From contig DAOWMA010000001.1 of NCBI GenBank assembly GCA_030643345.1, positions 1-29,683 on the forward strand: a stretch of DNA of 29,683 bases, read 5' to 3'. Origin of the DNA: Spirochaetaceae bacterium. GTDB lineage: Bacteria > Spirochaetota > Spirochaetia > B11-G9. Positions 26,179-29,683 of the stretch are shown here, piece after piece. Made by a program: the position numbers and the translations under genes. Below the pieces are notes generated by a model that saw nothing but the letters and a program-made list of their open reading frames with translations, did not search any database and had not been told where the DNA came from. Positions within the stretch are counted from its first letter, which is position 1. Each line of letters opens with the position of its first letter.

Positions 26179-27184
26179 ATTTTTTTCTGAAGGCCTGTAC
26201 TCTTGCAGAGGCAGTCATGGAATAATCGGATGTTATTCCCCTTTTCAGGTAGTGATAACCGATACCTGCAATCATAGCACCGTTATCTGTACACAGTAAC
26301 ATGGAAGGAATGATGGTTTCTATCCCCTTCAATTCCAGCAATTCCTTTCTAAGAAGTGAATTTGCAACAACACCACCACCTGCGACTACCCGTGTTAGCC
26401 CGGTATCCTTTAATGCCCGTCTAACCCTTCGCATAAGTATATCAACAGCTGCCTTCTGAAAACTTGCAGCAATATTTTCCTTTGATTTCTCAGCAGCTCC
26501 ATTTCTAAACCGATCCAGCTGGTTTACAACAGCAGTTTTCAATCCTGAATATGATACATCGTATTTATGATCACCTTTATGCAGAGAGGGATCCGGAAAA
26601 GTAAAAGCTGATGAATCTCCTTCTTTTGCCAGACGATCAATGGCAACCCCTCCCGGATACCCAAGTTCATAAAATTTGGCTACCTTATCAAATGCCTCCC
26701 CGCAGGCATCGTCAATAGTAGTACCAAGAACTTCCATCTCATCGAATTCTGTAACTCTGCTGATTACTGTATGCCCACCGGATACAAGTACTCCAAGATA
26801 AGGATATTCTATTGTCTGTTCAAGATAAGGAGCATAGAGATGAGCCCGTATATGATCAACACCAATAAATGGTTTCTCCAGAGATAAAGCAAGCCCTTTT
26901 GCAAAACTCAAACCAACTAAAAGTGAACCTACAAGACCCGGACGACTGGTAACAGCTACCCCATCGATATCCTTAAGGTTAAGACCTGCCTGATCTATAG
27001 AATCCCTGACTACCGATATAATCCATTCTGTATGAAGGCGGGACGCAATTTCAGGTACAACTCCATTATGGGGTTTATGTAATTCAATTTGGGTAGCAAC
27101 TACATTGCTTAGGACCTTTTTTCCGTCTTCTACAACCGAGGCGGCACATTCATCACAGGAAGTTTCAATACCAAGAATCTTCAT
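26171..27184 (-). CDS. tsaD: tRNA threonylcarbamoyladenosine biosynthesis protein TsaD
   Basis: MKILGIETSCDE, GVVPEIASRLH, PGLVGSL, HIRAH, VSGGHT, DDACGEAFDK, SYSGLKT, CTDNGAMIA. ATG 27184 after AAGGAG. Confidence 0.97.
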   Translation of the reverse strand: MKILGIETSCDECAASVVEDGKKVLSNVVATQIELHKPHNGVVPEIASRLHTEWIISVVRDSIDQAGLNLKDIDGVAVTSRPGLVGSLLVGLSFAKGLALSLEKPFIGVDHIRAHLYAPYLEQTIEYPYLGVLVSGGHTVISRVTEFDEMEVLGTTIDDACGEAFDKVAKFYELGYPGGVAIDRLAKEGDSSAFTFPDPSLHKGDHKYDVSYSGLKTAVVNQLDRFRNGAAEKSKENIAASFQKAAVDILMRRVRRALKDTGLTRVVAGGGVVANSLLRKELLELKGIETIIPSMLLCTDNGAMIAGIGYHYLKRGITSDYSMTASARVQAFRKKYP

Positions 27185-28100
27185 CAAACTCCTTTCCAAT
27201 AAATAGATCTGTAAGATTATTTAATGCATAATTATTCTCTAAAAGGGTCGGATACAGATCAAGAAGAATATCTGCTAATTCTTCGGTCCAGATATGTCCA
27301 ATCATTATTGCATGACCTTTTTTTTCGGCTATATTAAGGCCATTTTCGACAGCCCCCAGTATTGATATTCTTTCTTTACTATTATCCAGAAAAATACTCC
27401 TCTCTGCAAATGGTATTCCAACTGCTTCAGCAGCTATACGTCCGACAGATTTTGCTGTTGTTCTGCTGTCGAGAAAAAACATATCTTTCTCTTTTAGTAC
27501 TTTAAACAAATTACTCATTAACTCAGGGTCTGCAGTACCAGCAGACCCCATATGATTATTCATCCCCCTGACCCCGTGATAATCCTTAAGATTATCTGTA
27601 AGTACCGCGGCTACCTGTTCCTCATCCATTCCTATAAGCAAAGCTCCAGGCCCGGGGTTCTGCCCACCTACTGCTTCCATAGGTTGGTGAATAATATAAT
27701 CCTTCCCTGCCCCTATAATAAGTTTAACAGCTTCCTCAGTATATTTTAAACCCGGCAGAACTGCAAATGTAATTTTCATAGGCAACTTAAGAAAAGGTTC
27801 CAGCTGAAAGACATTATTACCCACATCATCAATTACAAAATAAAGAACCCCTTTTGGGCTTTCTACCACCTTTTCAGGATCAGAAACAATCTTCTTCTGA
27901 ATTACTTCCGGTTCTTTCTGCTCACTGGTATCCATTAAAGTTTCGGACTCTTCAAAACTGTCAGAAGTTCCTGTTTTATCCTCAAGGAGCAGTATTGCAA
28001 AAAAAAGCAAAACTAAAATAACTGAAAGCAATATTACTACTGCTTTCAGTCTTTTCTTTTCCATCTGCCTGAGGCTATTATTATTTTTATTTTTCGTCAA
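27165..28100 (-). CDS. Divergent polysaccharide deacetylase family (YibQ-like) membrane protein
   Basis: N-terminal TM; VIDDVG, TFAVLP, HQPME, GMNNHMGS, FLDSRT, SIFLDN, IGH. Confidence 0.88.
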   Translation of the reverse strand: MTKNKNNNSLRQMEKKRLKAVVILLSVILVLLFFAILLLEDKTGTSDSFEESETLMDTSEQKEPEVIQKKIVSDPEKVVESPKGVLYFVIDDVGNNVFQLEPFLKLPMKITFAVLPGLKYTEEAVKLIIGAGKDYIIHQPMEAVGGQNPGPGALLIGMDEEQVAAVLTDNLKDYHGVRGMNNHMGSAGTADPELMSNLFKVLKEKDMFFLDSRTTAKSVGRIAAEAVGIPFAERSIFLDNSKERISILGAVENGLNIAEKKGHAIMIGHIWTEELADILLDLYPTLLENNYALNNLTDLFIGKEFDEDSWY

Positions 28101-28113
28101 CCTTAAACCTTGC

Positions 28114-28950
28114 TTAGTTATAAATATACTCTTTTAATTCAACGGCATGTTCCCGAAGTTTCTTTATAGCCCGTTTTTCAATTTGACGTACAGTTTCGGG
28201 AGAAATACCCATTTCTTCTCCAATATGCTTAAGGGTGTACTTTTTACCACCATAAAATGAAAATCTGTACAATAAAATTTGTTTTTCTTTTTCCAACAGA
28301 CGTTCCAGAAATTTCATTGTCTCTTCTCTGAAACTTTTCTTCATTAGCTCTTCATCAGGATCATATGATTTATCTTCATATATATCCATTAGAGTACCTG
28401 AATCATCAGAAAAGGTGCTGTCCAGAGAAAAAACTACTCCTGCAGAGTTAATAAGATCCGCAACATCTTCAGGATCTTCATTCAACTCAAAAGAGATCTC
28501 TTCTATTGAAGGTTTTCTTGAAAGCTCCTGATTAAGCAAATAATAGGTTTTTTGAATATTTTTAAGAAGCTCTTCTTTTCTGTGAGGCAGTCTGATTGTC
28601 CTTCTTTTTTTTGAAAGAGCTCTTACTATTGATTGTTTTATCCACCAGGCTGCATAGGTAGAAAACCTGACATTCTTTTTATAATCATATTTTGAAGCGG
28701 CTTTGATAAGTCCAAGATTTCCTTCCTGCACAACATCAAGGAAACTTACATCAGGGGTAACATAAGACTTGGCAATCTTTACAACAAGTCGAAGATTTGC
28801 CTCAATTAACCGCTGCCTTGCAATTTCATCACCATTTTGTATTTTACGGGAAAGCTCCAGCTCTTCATCAAAACTTAGTAATGCACTACGCTGAATCTGT
28901 CTGAAATAAGTTTTTAATGTATTATCTTCTGCTTCTTTCTTCGCATTCAT
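28114..28950 (-). CDS. rpoS: Alternative sigma70 factor, spirochaetal RpoS-like
   Basis: [37 protein letters not shown]; no region 1.1. [14 protein letters not shown] and [23 protein letters not shown] resemble Borrelia RpoS as I recall it. Sigma54 promoter upstream. Confidence 0.75.
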   Translation of the reverse strand: MNAKKEAEDNTLKTYFRQIQRSALLSFDEELELSRKIQNGDEIARQRLIEANLRLVVKIAKSYVTPDVSFLDVVQEGNLGLIKAASKYDYKKNVRFSTYAAWWIKQSIVRALSKKRRTIRLPHRKEELLKNIQKTYYLLNQELSRKPSIEEISFELNEDPEDVADLINSAGVVFSLDSTFSDDSGTLMDIYEDKSYDPDEELMKKSFREETMKFLERLLEKEKQILLYRFSFYGGKKYTLKHIGEEMGISPETVRQIEKRAIKKLREHAVELKEYIYN

Positions 28951-28971
28951 GCATAACTCCTGCTAATTACA

Positions 28972-28988
28972 AGCAAATTCCGTGCCAA
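28972..28988 (-). promoter_or_regulatory. sigma54 (RpoN) -24/-12 promoter
   Basis: Minus strand TTGGCACGGAATTTGCT; GG-N10-GC spacing exact. Confidence 0.85.
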
Positions 28989-29108
28989 TTTAAGTGAAGA
29001 AATATTTATCTTTTTAATTACTTACAATACAAGGAGTTATTTTATTTCTTATCTTTTTTGAAAGGTATTATCGACTTATTGTATGTTTTATTATACACAT
29101 TGTATTTA

Positions 29109-29465
29109 TTACTTAATTATAATTTCACTACTTTCTGTACTCAGCTGTCTGTACAGCATATCCTTAAGACCAAAATTGCCTGTATTACTCATTTTTTTTG
29201 CATACTCATCATATATCATATCTTCAAAAATATCCTCGGCCATACCTCCACCCAGGAGAGATGTTTTTTCAACTGTCTTTCTCATTGAATCGAGCATTTG
29301 TTTAATAAATATAGCTTCAAAATCACTGCATGCCTGTTTAATTTTATCGTCATTTTTTGTCTGCAGGTTTCTTTCCAGAGAGGAAACTCCTGCACGTCCG
29401 GACGGACCTGTATTTGAGATAGTCATTCTATTCATAGCTGTCAGGGAATCACTGCTTATAATCAT
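29109..29465 (-). CDS. flgJ: Flagellar rod-binding protein (FlgJ N-terminal domain only)
   Basis: KIKQACSDFEAIFIKQMLDSMRKTV...EDIFEDMIYDEYAKKMS...LYRQL; GAGGT SD. Confidence 0.85.
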   Translation of the reverse strand: MIISSDSLTAMNRMTISNTGPSGRAGVSSLERNLQTKNDDKIKQACSDFEAIFIKQMLDSMRKTVEKTSLLGGGMAEDIFEDMIYDEYAKKMSNTGNFGLKDMLYRQLSTESSEIIIK

Positions 29466-29481
29466 CTGTTACCTCTCTGAT

Positions 29482-29683
29482 TTATCTCTTAAGATTATTT
29501 GCAATACCAAGCATTGTATCGGAAGTCTGTATAGCCTTGGAATTAAGTTCATATGCTCTTTGCGCAACTATCATGTTAACCATTTCAGTTACGACAGAAA
29601 CATTCGACATTTCAAGAAATTTTTCCTGTATTTGTCCCATTCCATCGAAACCCGGTCTTCCGCCTATTGCATCTCCTGAACCA
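29482..29683 (-). CDS. flgG: Flagellar basal-body rod protein FlgG, C-terminal part (start lies outside the window)
   Basis: Translated by hand: ...[45 protein letters not shown]. Confidence 0.93.
   Translation of the reverse strand, partial: GSGDAIGGRPGFDGMGQIQEKFLEMSNVSVVTEMVNMIVAQRAYELNSKAIQTSDTMLGIANNLKR

Noticed and set aside
29058-29679. Plus-strand ORFs of 76 and 198 aa
   Set aside because: Antisense shadows of flgJ and flgG.

Overview
AT-rich, mostly minus-strand chromosomal segment from a spirochaete (Spirochaetales-like). The assignment rests on gene content and a Borrelia/Treponema-like order: flgG-flgJ-rpoS-polysaccharide deacetylase-tsaD ... apt ... rplU-prp-rpmA-obgE-nadD-yqeK-LCP-rsfS ... 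ispE-spoVG-rplY-pth-tilS-ftsH. Most of the window is housekeeping: lepA (partial), a three-gene cytoplasmic phosphorelay, an HtrA-like lipoprotein, argS and three tRNAs. The most unusual part is a ~2.2-kb accessory island between rplU and argS (19340-21521). It is bracketed by two inverted, covarying structured repeats that resemble the Flavo-1 RNA motif and carry GTAG-type REP hairpins inside their stems. The island holds an unannotated 26-aa zinc-ribbon ORF, a truncated PP2C phosphatase, and an internally deleted Rpn/YhgA nuclease. The rpn gene is flanked by 102-bp direct repeats and keeps an intact internal SD+ATG for the small antitoxin-like C-terminal product. Other points: a consensus sigma54 promoter in front of a Borrelia-type rpoS, a 63% D/E microprotein, several probable leaderless genes, a Prp protease whose L27 neighbour lacks the cleavable extension, and a MinD-family gene scar beside a third REP. 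All family assignments come from motif recognition, not database searches.
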